A program made the translations under genes and the position numbers. Positions 19,746 through 29,606 of a DNA stretch of 64,000 nt are shown piece after piece (the stretch's first letter is position 1; every line of letters starts with the position of its first letter). Source of the stretch: Candidatus Micrarchaeia archaeon (lineage in GTDB: Archaea; Micrarchaeota; Micrarchaeia; CABMEP01); assembly GCA_038886535.1 (NCBI GenBank), contig JAVZXS010000003.1, positions 32,001-96,000 on the forward strand, read 5' to 3'. The notes below the pieces were generated by a model. It did no database searches. It was not told the DNA's origin and worked only from the letters and a program-made list of their open reading frames with translations.

Positions 19746-20342
19746 ATGTTAATTGTAGATCTTGAAACTACTGGCGTCAATCCTAAAAAAAATTCAATAA
19801 TCAGCATAGGAGCAATAGATTTTCTTCATCCTGAAAGGACATTTTATGAAGAATGTAGGCCATGGAACGGAGCAGAAATAGATGATGATGCTTTAGCTAT
19901 TAATGGTTTTACTAAGGATCAGATTCTTGATGAAAACAGAAAAACTCTTTATGAGGCAATGAACAACTTTCTTAAATGGATTAGCGAATCAGAAAATCAA
20001 ACACTCGGTGGTCATAACTTTGGATTTGATTGGGCTTTCTTAAAAGAAACAGCTGAAATTTACAATCTTTCCTGGAAGCCGCATAGAAGAATTGTAGATC
20101 TTCATTCAGTATGCTACACCCATTATCTTAAGAGAGGCATTATTCCTCCGCTTAAAGACAACAGAACTGATCTGAGTTTCAACAAGGTTCTTAACTATGT
20201 TGGCCTTCCTGACGAGCCAATTCCGCACAATGCATTATTCGGTGCAAAGGCAGCTGCTGAGGCATTCTCACGTCTTCTCTATGGGAAGTCTCTTCTTGAT
20301 GAATTTCATAAATATCCAATTCCAGATTACCTTAAAATTTAG
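19746..20342 (+). CDS. DEDD/DnaQ-like 3'-5' exonuclease family protein, copy 1
   Basis: VDLETTG, GHNFGFD, VDLHS, PHNALFGA; RBS AGGTGA. Confidence 0.85.
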   Translation: MLIVDLETTGVNPKKNSIISIGAIDFLHPERTFYEECRPWNGAEIDDDALAINGFTKDQILDENRKTLYEAMNNFLKWISESENQTLGGHNFGFDWAFLKETAEIYNLSWKPHRRIVDLHSVCYTHYLKRGIIPPLKDNRTDLSFNKVLNYVGLPDEPIPHNALFGAKAAAEAFSRLLYGKSLLDEFHKYPIPDYLKI

Positions 20343-20449
20343 TAAATTTATAATATTCTACTATCATCTTGATTAAAGGATTCAAATTATATCGGGAGAT
20401 ATCGGAAGTAAACAAATAGGTAATAATATAGGTAAGAAGCACAATATAT

Positions 20450-20497
20450 CTTACATTTTTGCAAACTATAATTTTCAAAAATGTTGAAAATTTGCAA
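20450..20497. repeat. 48-bp palindromic direct repeat, copy 1
   Basis: CTTACATTTTTGCAAACTATAATTTTCAAAAATGTTGAAAATTTGCAA; 47/48 identical to 21882-21929. Confidence 0.95.
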
Positions 20498-20541
20498 ATT
20501 AAAATCAAAGAATTTATATATTTAACTATTAATAACATTTT

Positions 20542-21786
20542 ATGTTGAAAGATACGATATTAGCACTAAACCCACATTGGGAAGAGAATTTCTTTTATAG
20601 CTATCCATTGAAGCGTAAAGTTTTTACGAAAATTCTTAATTCTCTTTCTCATCCTCTAATGCCTACTTTGATAGGTCCAAGAAGAGTTGGAAAAACAGTT
20701 TTAATGAAACAGACAATAAACCATCTTATCTCTGAAGGATATTTGAGAAAGAATATTCTTTTCTTTAGTTTCGATGAGGAGGTAAAAGAACCATTAGAAA
20801 TAATTAATGCATGGGAAGAGATGATCGCAAAGAAAGTAAGAGGATCAAATTTCTTTGTCTTTTTCGATGAAATTCAAAAACTTGAAAACTGGGCATCAAA
20901 AATAAAACTACTTTATGACAATTTAGGAATAAAAATTTTCTTAAGCGGCTCTGCATCATTAGAAGTAAGAAAAGGATCAGAAAGTCTGGCTGGTAGGACA
21001 GTAGACATATTTGTAAATCCGATCTCGTTCGATGAATATCTTCTTCTTTCAGGAAAGAAGCATTCAGAAATAGATGAAGAAGAGTGGAAAAGTTACGTTA
21101 TGTACATGCATAAACAACTACCAGAACTTGCTCTTTATCCATCAATTGACAGCAAAGAATACATCACAAGTATCGTGAAAAAAGTAATTTTTGAGGATGT
21201 CAAAAAATATTACAGAATAGAAGAATCAGAAACAATTGAAGGAATATTCAAATTTATATGTAGAGATCCAGGACAAATTATTATAATATCCGATCTTGCT
21301 AAGGATTTCGGAATAAGCAGAATAACTGCATCTAACTATCTTCATGCATTAGAAAAGAGTTTTCTATTAAGAAAGCTATACAATTTCTCAAAGAATGCGA
21401 GAAAGATAGAGGTAAAGGCAAAGAAATACTATCCATTTTATACATCACTTGCAGATTATGTTGAATTAACAGACTTTTCGAAGCTTGCAGAAATCGAGGT
21501 AGCTTGGAAAACCCAAGCAGATTTCTTTTGGAATGACAGAGGAAAAGAGATTGATTTTATAAAATTAAAAGATAAAGATTTAACAGCAATTGAGGTAAAA
21601 ACAAGAAATATGATCGATAAGAAAGACATCAAATGGCTTGTAGAAAATAGAATAGGTGCAAAAAGAAGAATCGTGATTACTGGCTTTGACTCTAAATACA
21701 ACCTTGCTAAAGAAGATAAAGAAGAGATTAAAGACATAGAGTTTTTAAGACTTCATAAATTAGAATCAACATTTCAATCAGATTAA
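20542..21786 (+). CDS. AAA+ ATPase (AAA_14 / DUF4143 family)
   Basis: LNPHW, GPRRVGKT, FFDEIQK, SGSAS, ESLAGR, internal HTH, C-terminal EIDF..IEVK nuclease-like motif. Confidence 0.9.
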   Translation: MLKDTILALNPHWEENFFYSYPLKRKVFTKILNSLSHPLMPTLIGPRRVGKTVLMKQTINHLISEGYLRKNILFFSFDEEVKEPLEIINAWEEMIAKKVRGSNFFVFFDEIQKLENWASKIKLLYDNLGIKIFLSGSASLEVRKGSESLAGRTVDIFVNPISFDEYLLLSGKKHSEIDEEEWKSYVMYMHKQLPELALYPSIDSKEYITSIVKKVIFEDVKKYYRIEESETIEGIFKFICRDPGQIIIISDLAKDFGISRITASNYLHALEKSFLLRKLYNFSKNARKIEVKAKKYYPFYTSLADYVELTDFSKLAEIEVAWKTQADFFWNDRGKEIDFIKLKDKDLTAIEVKTRNMIDKKDIKWLVENRIGAKRRIVITGFDSKYNLAKEDKEEIKDIEFLRLHKLESTFQSD

Positions 21787-21881
21787 AAACTTCAATCATC
21801 TTAAAGCAATTCAAATACCTTAATAAATTATTGATAAATTATTGAATCACTATTGAATCAGTTTAAAAGAAGCGTTTAAAA

Positions 21882-21929
21882 CTTACATTTTTGCAAACTA
21901 TGATTTTCAAAAATGTTGAAAATTTGCAA
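21882..21929. repeat. 48-bp palindromic direct repeat, copy 2
   Basis: CTTACATTTTTGCAAACTATGATTTTCAAAAATGTTGAAAATTTGCAA. Confidence 0.95.
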
Positions 21930-22200
21930 TATGGGATCCTATTCATCTAATATAACTAAGCGGTAGTTTTAAGAGAAAAATCATAGAGTATGTAGCTATC
22001 ATAATAGTTATGGAAATAAAAAGTATGAACATTATAAAATCCTAAAGTTAAATTAAAATCTCCAAAATCGTATCTAAAATCCTTTATTCATTTAGGGATT
22101 CCTCCAAGTAAAAAATCCTATTTTTTCTTTACAGGATTTCTACAAAGCTATACAAAACAATATTTTTATATTACAACACTGTTTTTTCTAAGGTGATAAT

Positions 22201-22803
22201 CTGATAGTAATAGATGTAGAAACAACAGGTCTCGATCCTAAGAAAAATTCTATAATTAGTATAGGCGTAGTTGATTTCTCTAATCCTAAGAGGCAATTTT
22301 ATCGAGAATGCAGGCCATGGGAAGGAGCAATCATAGATGAAGCTGCATTGAATGTAAATGGATTTAAAAAAGATTCTTTGTTTAATCCAAATAAACCTTC
22401 ACTTAAAGAAGCGATAAGCGAGTTTTTTTCATGGTTTCTTAAGTCTGAAAATCAAACTCTTGCAGGACATAACTTTGGTTCATTCGATTCAAAATTTATT
22501 CAAGCAGCTATTGAAATATATGATTTAAGTTTCAGGATACAAAGTAGATCTGTAGATCTCCATTATATTTGCTATGCAGATCATTTAAGAAAAGGAATTC
22601 CTCTTCCTTTAAACAAAAATAGAACGAACATAAATTCTGATTATGCCTTCAAGTATGTTGGACTTCCAGAAGAGCCGCACCCCCATATTGCAATCACAGG
22701 AGCAAAATTTATAGCTGAATCATTCTCAAGATTGATATATGGAAAGATTTTATTAGATGAATTTAGAAAATATAAAATTCCATCCCATCTAAAACAAAAA
22801 TAA
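22201..22803 (+). CDS. DEDD/DnaQ-like 3'-5' exonuclease family protein, copy 2 (CTG start)
   Basis: Frame is open upstream of the ORF-track start: LIVIDVETTGLDPKKNSIISIG aligns with copy 1; AGGTGA RBS at the same spacing before CTG. Confidence 0.8.
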   Translation: MIVIDVETTGLDPKKNSIISIGVVDFSNPKRQFYRECRPWEGAIIDEAALNVNGFKKDSLFNPNKPSLKEAISEFFSWFLKSENQTLAGHNFGSFDSKFIQAAIEIYDLSFRIQSRSVDLHYICYADHLRKGIPLPLNKNRTNINSDYAFKYVGLPEEPHPHIAITGAKFIAESFSRLIYGKILLDEFRKYKIPSHLKQK

Positions 22804-22893
22804 TCATAGGAAATCATGTTTAATAAGTATTAAATAGATGTTTTTCTATTTTTTAATATTGCACTTATTAGTTTAATTCTGGATTGTGGAAAT

Positions 22894-25647
22894 ATGTCAC
22901 ATTTGATAATTAAAAAATTCGGTTCTCTTACAGAAATACAGAAGCAAGCAATTCCTTTAGTGCAACAAGGAAAGAACGTTTTAATAATAGCTCCAACCGG
23001 ATCTGGAAAAACAGAGACTGCAGCTGTACCAATAATGGAAAAGATAAAAGAAGCTAATCTTAAAGGGATTGCAGCTATCTATATCACTCCTCTTCGTGCT
23101 TTAAATAGAGATATGCTTAAAAGACTGACAGAATGGGCAAAAGAAATAGGAATAACTATTGCAGTAAGGCATGGAGATACAGGAACTTCTGAAAGATCCT
23201 TACAGGCTAGATCACCTCCACAGTTTCTTATTACAACCCCTGAAACCCTTCAAGCTATTCTACCTGCAAAGAAAATAGGTGAGCATCTTAGAAATGTAAA
23301 ATATGTAATTGTAGATGAACTTCATGAGCTTGCAGATAGCAAAAGAGGAGCTCAGCTTTCAATAGGTCTAGAAAGATTAGCAGAGAAAGCAGGTGAATTT
23401 CAAAGGATTGGAATAAGTGCTACAGTTTCAGATCCAATAAAGTTGTCTCAATTTTTGTGCGGATTCCGTTCATGTGAAATAGTTGATTTAAAATATCTAA
23501 AGTCAATGAAATTTGAGATTTCTTACCCTCAACCAGTAATTCAGCATGAAAAAGAAGCAAACGAGCTTCAGATTGATTCAGCTGCCGTTGCAAGATTAAA
23601 GGAAATTCAAAAAATTATACAGCATCAACGCACTCTTATATTTGTAAATACTCGCTCAATTGCTGAGATTCTCGGTTCTAGGTTGATGAAGTTAGATCCA
23701 AAGATAGCAGTTCACCACGGTTCTCTATCAAAAGAAGTAAGAATTCAATTAGAGGATGATTTCAAAAACGGGAAACTTCATGCTCTTGTTGCTACTTCTT
23801 CATTGGAGCTTGGAATAGATATAGGAGATATTTCACACGTAATTCAATATATGTCACCTAGACAGGTTTCAAGACTTGTTCAGAGGGTAGGAAGAAGCGG
23901 ACATACTATAAAAGGAACTTCAAGAGGAACAATTATATGTGCAGATCCAGATGATGTATTTGAGGCCCATGCACTACTAAAATTAATAGAAGAAGGTCAG
24001 TTAGAAGAACAGCAGATCTGCGAAAATGCATTAGATGTTCTTGCACATCAGATTGCAGGCATATTGATTGAAAGAGATAAGGAAGTAAGTACAGAGGAGG
24101 TTTATAGCATAATAAAGAGAGCCTATCCATATTCAACACTTCATCCAGAGAAGTTTTTATCTGTAATTAATTTTATGGAAGACAAAAGACTTTTGAAAAA
24201 GAACGGAAACATGCTACAGAGAATGTCTTCTACACGTTTATACTACTATGAGCATCTCTCTACAATTCCATCTGTTGAAAAATTCCTTGTAAAGGATGCA
24301 GCAACAAACAAGATAATATCCACTCTTGATGAGGATTTTGTTTCTTTCTTTGAAACAAACGAGCTTTTCATAACTAAAGGGGTTCCATGGAGGATATTGG
24401 ACATTGATAATGAGAGGAGAATTGTAGTGGTGGAGGCAGCAGATGATATAAGCGCAGCTATTCCAGATTGGGAAGGTGAAGAGATACCAACAAGCTATGA
24501 AGTTGCACAGACAGTTGGAAAATTAAGAACCAGCGTCAAGGAGCTTCTAAAGGAATCAGAAGATATAAATAAAGCAGCAAAAGAAACAGGAATAGAAGTA
24601 GAAGCTATAAAGGATTTAATTGATTCACCAGAATTTAGAGAAGTGATGCCAACAAATAAAAACATTCTTATAGAATGTTGGAATGATGTTGCTGTAATAC
24701 ATGTCTTAGGAGGCCTTAATGCAAACAGAACATTAGCTGCAGTGCTTGCAGAGAGATTATCAAAAGAATATGGTTCGTCAATAAAAACGCTTGTGGATGC
24801 GTATAGAATAGCATTGGTTCTTCCAAGGAAGGCAGAGTCAAATGTAGTAAAGGATCAGCTTTTAGCCATAGCCAGATCGGATATAAAATCAGATTTGGAA
24901 TCCCATCTTTCTAAGCATAAGCTTTTTAGATTCAAATTCATCCACATAGGTAAGATGTTTAATTTGTTCCGTGAAACCCCCAGGATTTCAGATCGTTTCA
25001 TCCAGGCCTTTGTAGGAACACCAGTTTATGAAGAGACACTTAGGGATGTTTATTCTTCTTATTATGATCTGAAGAATGCACAAAAAATACTTGATGGAAT
25101 TGCAAAGAAAGAGATTTCTGTCCACTCAGTGCAGGTGAAGAAACTCTCTCCAGTTGCAACACGTGCACTTATAAGGAATCATGGGTCAGAGCTTATTGCA
25201 TCAATAGAGCCAACATCAGAGATAATAAAGGCATTTAAAGCTAAGTTGCTTGGCAAGTCAGTTGTTTTATATTGCATGCATTGCGGAAAGGATTGGATTT
25301 CATTTATTGGAACATTGCAGGAAAAGGTAAAATGCCCAAAGTGCGGAAGCAGTGTTGTTACAATAGTGCCTAATTTCGTCTCTGTAGAGGATATTAGAAA
25401 ACTATTAAAGAAAAAGAGGCTTAATTCAGAGGAAAAAAGCTGGAGAGAAAAACTTGAAAGATCAGCCGCCATAATAAGTGCCTCAGGAAGGAATGGTGTG
25501 ATTACACTTTCTACATATGGAATAGGCCCAACTAAGGCATCCTTCATTCTTAGCAGGCCATATAAGACTGAAGATGAGTTTTATGCAGCCCTCCTTGAAG
25601 CACAGAAGACATTTATAAGAACAAAGAGATTCTGGGAGTTTCATTAA
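22894..25647 (+). CDS. lhr: Lhr-family ATP-dependent helicase with C-terminal Zn finger
   Basis: APTGSGKT, PLRALNRD, DELHEL, HHGSLS, SSLELGIDIG, QRVGRSGH, CMHC..CPKC. Confidence 0.9.
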   Translation: MSHLIIKKFGSLTEIQKQAIPLVQQGKNVLIIAPTGSGKTETAAVPIMEKIKEANLKGIAAIYITPLRALNRDMLKRLTEWAKEIGITIAVRHGDTGTSERSLQARSPPQFLITTPETLQAILPAKKIGEHLRNVKYVIVDELHELADSKRGAQLSIGLERLAEKAGEFQRIGISATVSDPIKLSQFLCGFRSCEIVDLKYLKSMKFEISYPQPVIQHEKEANELQIDSAAVARLKEIQKIIQHQRTLIFVNTRSIAEILGSRLMKLDPKIAVHHGSLSKEVRIQLEDDFKNGKLHALVATSSLELGIDIGDISHVIQYMSPRQVSRLVQRVGRSGHTIKGTSRGTIICADPDDVFEAHALLKLIEEGQLEEQQICENALDVLAHQIAGILIERDKEVSTEEVYSIIKRAYPYSTLHPEKFLSVINFMEDKRLLKKNGNMLQRMSSTRLYYYEHLSTIPSVEKFLVKDAATNKIISTLDEDFVSFFETNELFITKGVPWRILDIDNERRIVVVEAADDISAAIPDWEGEEIPTSYEVAQTVGKLRTSVKELLKESEDINKAAKETGIEVEAIKDLIDSPEFREVMPTNKNILIECWNDVAVIHVLGGLNANRTLAAVLAERLSKEYGSSIKTLVDAYRIALVLPRKAESNVVKDQLLAIARSDIKSDLESHLSKHKLFRFKFIHIGKMFNLFRETPRISDRFIQAFVGTPVYEETLRDVYSSYYDLKNAQKILDGIAKKEISVHSVQVKKLSPVATRALIRNHGSELIASIEPTSEIIKAFKAKLLGKSVVLYCMHCGKDWISFIGTLQEKVKCPKCGSSVVTIVPNFVSVEDIRKLLKKKRLNSEEKSWREKLERSAAIISASGRNGVITLSTYGIGPTKASFILSRPYKTEDEFYAALLEAQKTFIRTKRFWEFH

Positions 25648-26203
25648 ACAACTGTATCAATGGGCAAACCAAATTCTAAGTGTTTGACAAACCAAAAAAT
25701 AAGATTTATTTTCTCTACTTATATCTGGGTGGCACTACTTTAGAAAGAATATTGCAAAATAGAAAAAAAAAAGGAAAAATATCTAATTATAATAAAGAAA
25801 AATCACATTTTTCTTTTCATTTATTAATTATAATTAATTATTAAGGTTTTTTATGTTAATTCTCTCTTTTTGCTTTTAAGCTATTAGGGTCTTTGATATA
25901 ATAATCTTTTAAGTTCTGCCTATTGGAAATGATATCATCCTATAAGAGTAGTCGTAAGGATTTTATATAGAGTTTATTCTAATAATTTAATAGGATTTAT
26001 TTAGAACTACTCAAAGATTTTTTAAATATTAGGAAAAAAGGAAAAATTCGAATTCTTACTTTCTCTCTAATATACCTATAGTTCACTTTTAGTCGTCTGA
26101 AAATGTAACTGAAACAGATGCTCCGATATCCACTTTGATTCAAAGTGGCACTTAATAGTAATTAACAATAATATTTATTAAAGTTGATTGCTTACATCTA
26201 TTT

Positions 26204-27496
26204 ATGTCATTTGACAAAGGTCTTTCAAAGAGAGTACCAGAGCTTATCTTTCGGCTTCAGTTCGGAGACTCTTATGCTGCAACACAGCTCAGCCTTATTG
26301 CAGAATCAAAACCTCTTATTCTTGATATGTTAAGGAGCAAAGATCCGATTATCAATAAACTTCCTCCAATAATTATTTCAATCAATCCAAAAAATAGACA
26401 ATGGATGAAAAGGATAGCAATAGAAGGAGGAATGGCTGCAGACAAACCGTTGGAACAGAAGAAAGAAAAGGCATTGGAACAGTATGTTTATGAAATCATT
26501 AAAAAATGGAAATCAAATAAGAAACCTATTGAGGAAAGTATAAAAAAGGACGTTGAGGGTAATCTCCTTTCAAAGCAAGAGCTAAATGAAATAATTCGCA
26601 CAATACCAAAAGAAGAAATTGAGCGCATTAAGAAAGATCTGATGGAATTAAAGGTAGAGCTTTCAAATAAGAATATTGCAGCATATTATTATCATGAGAG
26701 AGAAATAAGAACATCCTGGCTTGTTAATACAACCTATGGCATTCTCACAAGAAATGAAGTAAGGGCATCAATCCCATCGGAAGAGACTGAAAAGGAAATA
26801 AAAAAGATAATTGAATCATGTATACGTGAAAACAAGACACTCCATCTAATAGGATTCTGGGGAGGATATAAAGAAAGTAAGGATGGTAATCCAGATCTTG
26901 CTGATGAAAAGGCGTTGGATAGAATTAAAAGTCAAGTAGAACGCTTAAGATCACTTGGACTTAAAGTGGATGCAACACTTTTTCTTGCTGATTTACATGC
27001 GATATCTCCATTAATGGGAAGATCTTTAGAATTGAAGAGTTCTAGTACAATTTATCTTGCCAAAATCAAACAGATGTGTAATGAGAGAGATATCAACTAC
27101 AAAAGTATAGCTGAAAGTTTTTATGGATTTTCAGTTTCTAACTATGCCTCTACCAAGGAAAGCGGAAAGGAAATTAGCTATGAATATGAATTTAAAGAAG
27201 AAGTTATAAGGCGTGCTAAGGAGTTTTGGAAGAATGCAGACGAAGAAACAAAGGCTACAATTCTAAAAGCTGCAGAAAAGCATACTTTTACAGAAATGGA
27301 AAAAGAGGAAGCTGCACTGGGATATATAGGACACAGACTTTTTGAAAAAGAATGGCTTGAAACATTGGAGGACAGTATTATTATTTCTTATGGTAGTCCA
27401 CGCTTAGCGCCTCTTCTTCCAACAAATACCCTCTTTTGGTATTCAGTAGGCAATCTTTCTAATCCACCATGGTACATGGAAATGAGTGAAATTTAA
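26204..27496 (+). CDS. hypothetical protein; C-terminal half possibly a class I aaRS-like Rossmann fold
   Basis: 430-aa ORF; HLIGFWGG, TLFLADLHA (TyrRS-like segment), FWYS...PPWY. Confidence 0.6.
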   Translation: MSFDKGLSKRVPELIFRLQFGDSYAATQLSLIAESKPLILDMLRSKDPIINKLPPIIISINPKNRQWMKRIAIEGGMAADKPLEQKKEKALEQYVYEIIKKWKSNKKPIEESIKKDVEGNLLSKQELNEIIRTIPKEEIERIKKDLMELKVELSNKNIAAYYYHEREIRTSWLVNTTYGILTRNEVRASIPSEETEKEIKKIIESCIRENKTLHLIGFWGGYKESKDGNPDLADEKALDRIKSQVERLRSLGLKVDATLFLADLHAISPLMGRSLELKSSSTIYLAKIKQMCNERDINYKSIAESFYGFSVSNYASTKESGKEISYEYEFKEEVIRRAKEFWKNADEETKATILKAAEKHTFTEMEKEEAALGYIGHRLFEKEWLETLEDSIIISYGSPRLAPLLPTNTLFWYSVGNLSNPPWYMEMSEI

Positions 27497-27609
27497 AAAA
27501 AGATAAAAAGAATTCAAGCGCTTATAGTTCTTCGATATTATCATTCATTTCTTACCTTATCTTTATAGATATTTAATATTATTGCAGTTTACATGCTATT
27601 TTTCAACTG

Positions 27610-28314
27610 TTATTTAAATGGAATTTCTATTCCTATTCTGTGTAGATAGATTGGTGTTGCATCTCCATCTGAAACAAGTGCAGGATTATAGTTAAATTTC
27701 AAATTTCCAATTTGTTTTGAGACGTTTATTTCACCAGTTATCCATTTTGCTTTTCTAATGTCTGCAATATTCCATTCACCAGAACAACTAACAGCAATAT
27801 CTAAAGGTAATTTGAATTTAACAAGATATTCGATTGTTCGTTTATCTCTGATTAAATTTCTTCCATCATACCAAATTGGAAGCATAGCTATGTTCAGTGA
27901 CACCCCTTTTGTAGGTTGAATTGTAGTATTAATACCTATTCCTAATTGACTAAAAATTTCATTATACTGCATTATATTTGTTCTTATTCCAATAACATTT
28001 TTATAAATATTTTTAATTAGAGTGTTTTTTCCAATATAACCTTTCTCTTCATTAAATAGCTTGAGAATAGTAGATCCTTTGATTTCTAATGGAAGATCAT
28101 AATTCCCTGCAATTTTAATATAAGACGCTATTTTTGTATTTTCATGTTGGCCACTTGATACTAAACTAAGGTTCACATTTCCTTGACTGTTAAGTCTAGA
28201 AGGTGGAAGTAACATAGTTGCAAACATAGCTAATGCTATTGCAGTCTTTTTAGTGTTTTTTATTATTTTATACACCTTTGAGACACACATTCTCCTCTCC
28301 ACATTTTTTTCCAT
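27610..28314 (-). CDS. secreted beta-strand-rich hypothetical protein
   Basis: Signal-like KKTAIALAMFATMLL, alternating hydrophobic strands; GAGGTGA RBS. Confidence 0.65.
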   Translation of the reverse strand: MEKNVERRMCVSKVYKIIKNTKKTAIALAMFATMLLPPSRLNSQGNVNLSLVSSGQHENTKIASYIKIAGNYDLPLEIKGSTILKLFNEEKGYIGKNTLIKNIYKNVIGIRTNIMQYNEIFSQLGIGINTTIQPTKGVSLNIAMLPIWYDGRNLIRDKRTIEYLVKFKLPLDIAVSCSGEWNIADIRKAKWITGEINVSKQIGNLKFNYNPALVSDGDATPIYLHRIGIEIPFK

Positions 28315-28429
28315 TTATATCACCTCACTGTTATAACAATTCTTTATTATTTATTATTAATTGCATTAAAATTTGTAAAAAATAGTAAAAAAATGATAAT
28401 CTTATAAATATTTTCAAATAAATATAGGT

Positions 28430-29497
28430 ATGGCACAAAATGTTAAGGGTACACTCAAAGAGGAAGCTAGAGAAGCAGAATCTCAAGAGGCTAGGAATAT
28501 TAAAAAGCTGAATAAAATAGGAAAAAGAATCTTATTCGAGCTTGACAGAGATTCCTCTCAAACACTTAATGAAATTGGGAAAAAAATAAGAAAGAGTCCA
28601 CAGTATGTTGAATATTGGATCAATAAGTTGAGGAAGGAGGGTTATATTAAGGAGTTTTTAACTATCATTGATTATAAGAAATTAGGATATAACTATTATA
28701 CCTTTTATATTTCACTAAGAATGATAAGTCCTAAGAAGTTGCAGAAACTTTTTGATTATTTTTATCGTGATTCATCAATTACTTTGTTATATAGTTGTTA
28801 TGGTAGATGGGATTTAATTATTGGATTTCTTGCTAAAGATCCATTGGAAGTTGGTGAGAAAATTAAAGATGTCAAAACTAAGTTTAGTGATACGATCGGG
28901 AATTTAAGGGTTGAAACACATGTTGGATCTTTATTTTTAGGTCGAAGACATTTGCTAGAAGGATTGGAAGAGTCTGAATTAGAAAAGTTTTCTTCTTATC
29001 CTATCACGTCAGCTCCTGCGTCAGAAAAGCGTGAAATCATAGAATTTGACAAAAAAGATCTTCAACTTCTCTCTGTTTTGAAGAACAATGCAAGAACTTC
29101 TACAATTGAACTTGCAGAGAAATCCCACCTAACCCCAGATATGGTGAGATACAGATTGAAGAAATTAAGAGAAAAGAAAGTAATATTGAGATATACAATT
29201 CTTCCAGATTATGAAAAGATAGATTGGAAACTTTATCGTGTTCTTATTAAGCTAAGAAGAACTACTCCAATGCGTGAGAGAGAATTATTTAAATTTTTTG
29301 AAAATCAACCTCAAATCATTAGATATACTAAGGAGTTTGGAACATATGATGTTGCAATAGATGTTGAGATTTATGGAAATGCTGATCTGAATAAATTAAT
29401 TCGTGAAATGAAAGCAAATTTTTATGATATTATTTCAGATTTGGATGTACTCCAAGTTGAAAGGGCAGAGAAATCATATTACTTCCTTTCTGTCTAG
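28430..29497 (+). CDS. tandem (two-unit) Lrp/AsnC family transcriptional regulator
   Basis: Two HTH+RAM units: ILFELDRDS..Y.INKL..G.I..GRWDL, and DLQLL..NAR..ELA..VRYRLKKL..GTYD. Confidence 0.85.
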   Translation: MAQNVKGTLKEEAREAESQEARNIKKLNKIGKRILFELDRDSSQTLNEIGKKIRKSPQYVEYWINKLRKEGYIKEFLTIIDYKKLGYNYYTFYISLRMISPKKLQKLFDYFYRDSSITLLYSCYGRWDLIIGFLAKDPLEVGEKIKDVKTKFSDTIGNLRVETHVGSLFLGRRHLLEGLEESELEKFSSYPITSAPASEKREIIEFDKKDLQLLSVLKNNARTSTIELAEKSHLTPDMVRYRLKKLREKKVILRYTILPDYEKIDWKLYRVLIKLRRTTPMRERELFKFFENQPQIIRYTKEFGTYDVAIDVEIYGNADLNKLIREMKANFYDIISDLDVLQVERAEKSYYFLSV

Positions 29498-29606
29498 TTT
29501 TTAGCTGTAAATCTATATCAATTTATCTTAAATTGGAAGCAAATAAAAAAGAATCTAAATTAATTCGATAAGATATAAATTTATAAATAAAAAATAAAAG
29601 AAAAAC

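Noticed and set aside
20450..21929. 48-bp repeats as a CRISPR array or IS ends
   Set aside because: Only two copies 1.4 kb apart in direct orientation; no cas or transposase gene
21960..22140. Clustered AAAATCC/GGATTT words
   Set aside because: Irregular spacing in AT-rich DNA; cannot be distinguished from chance
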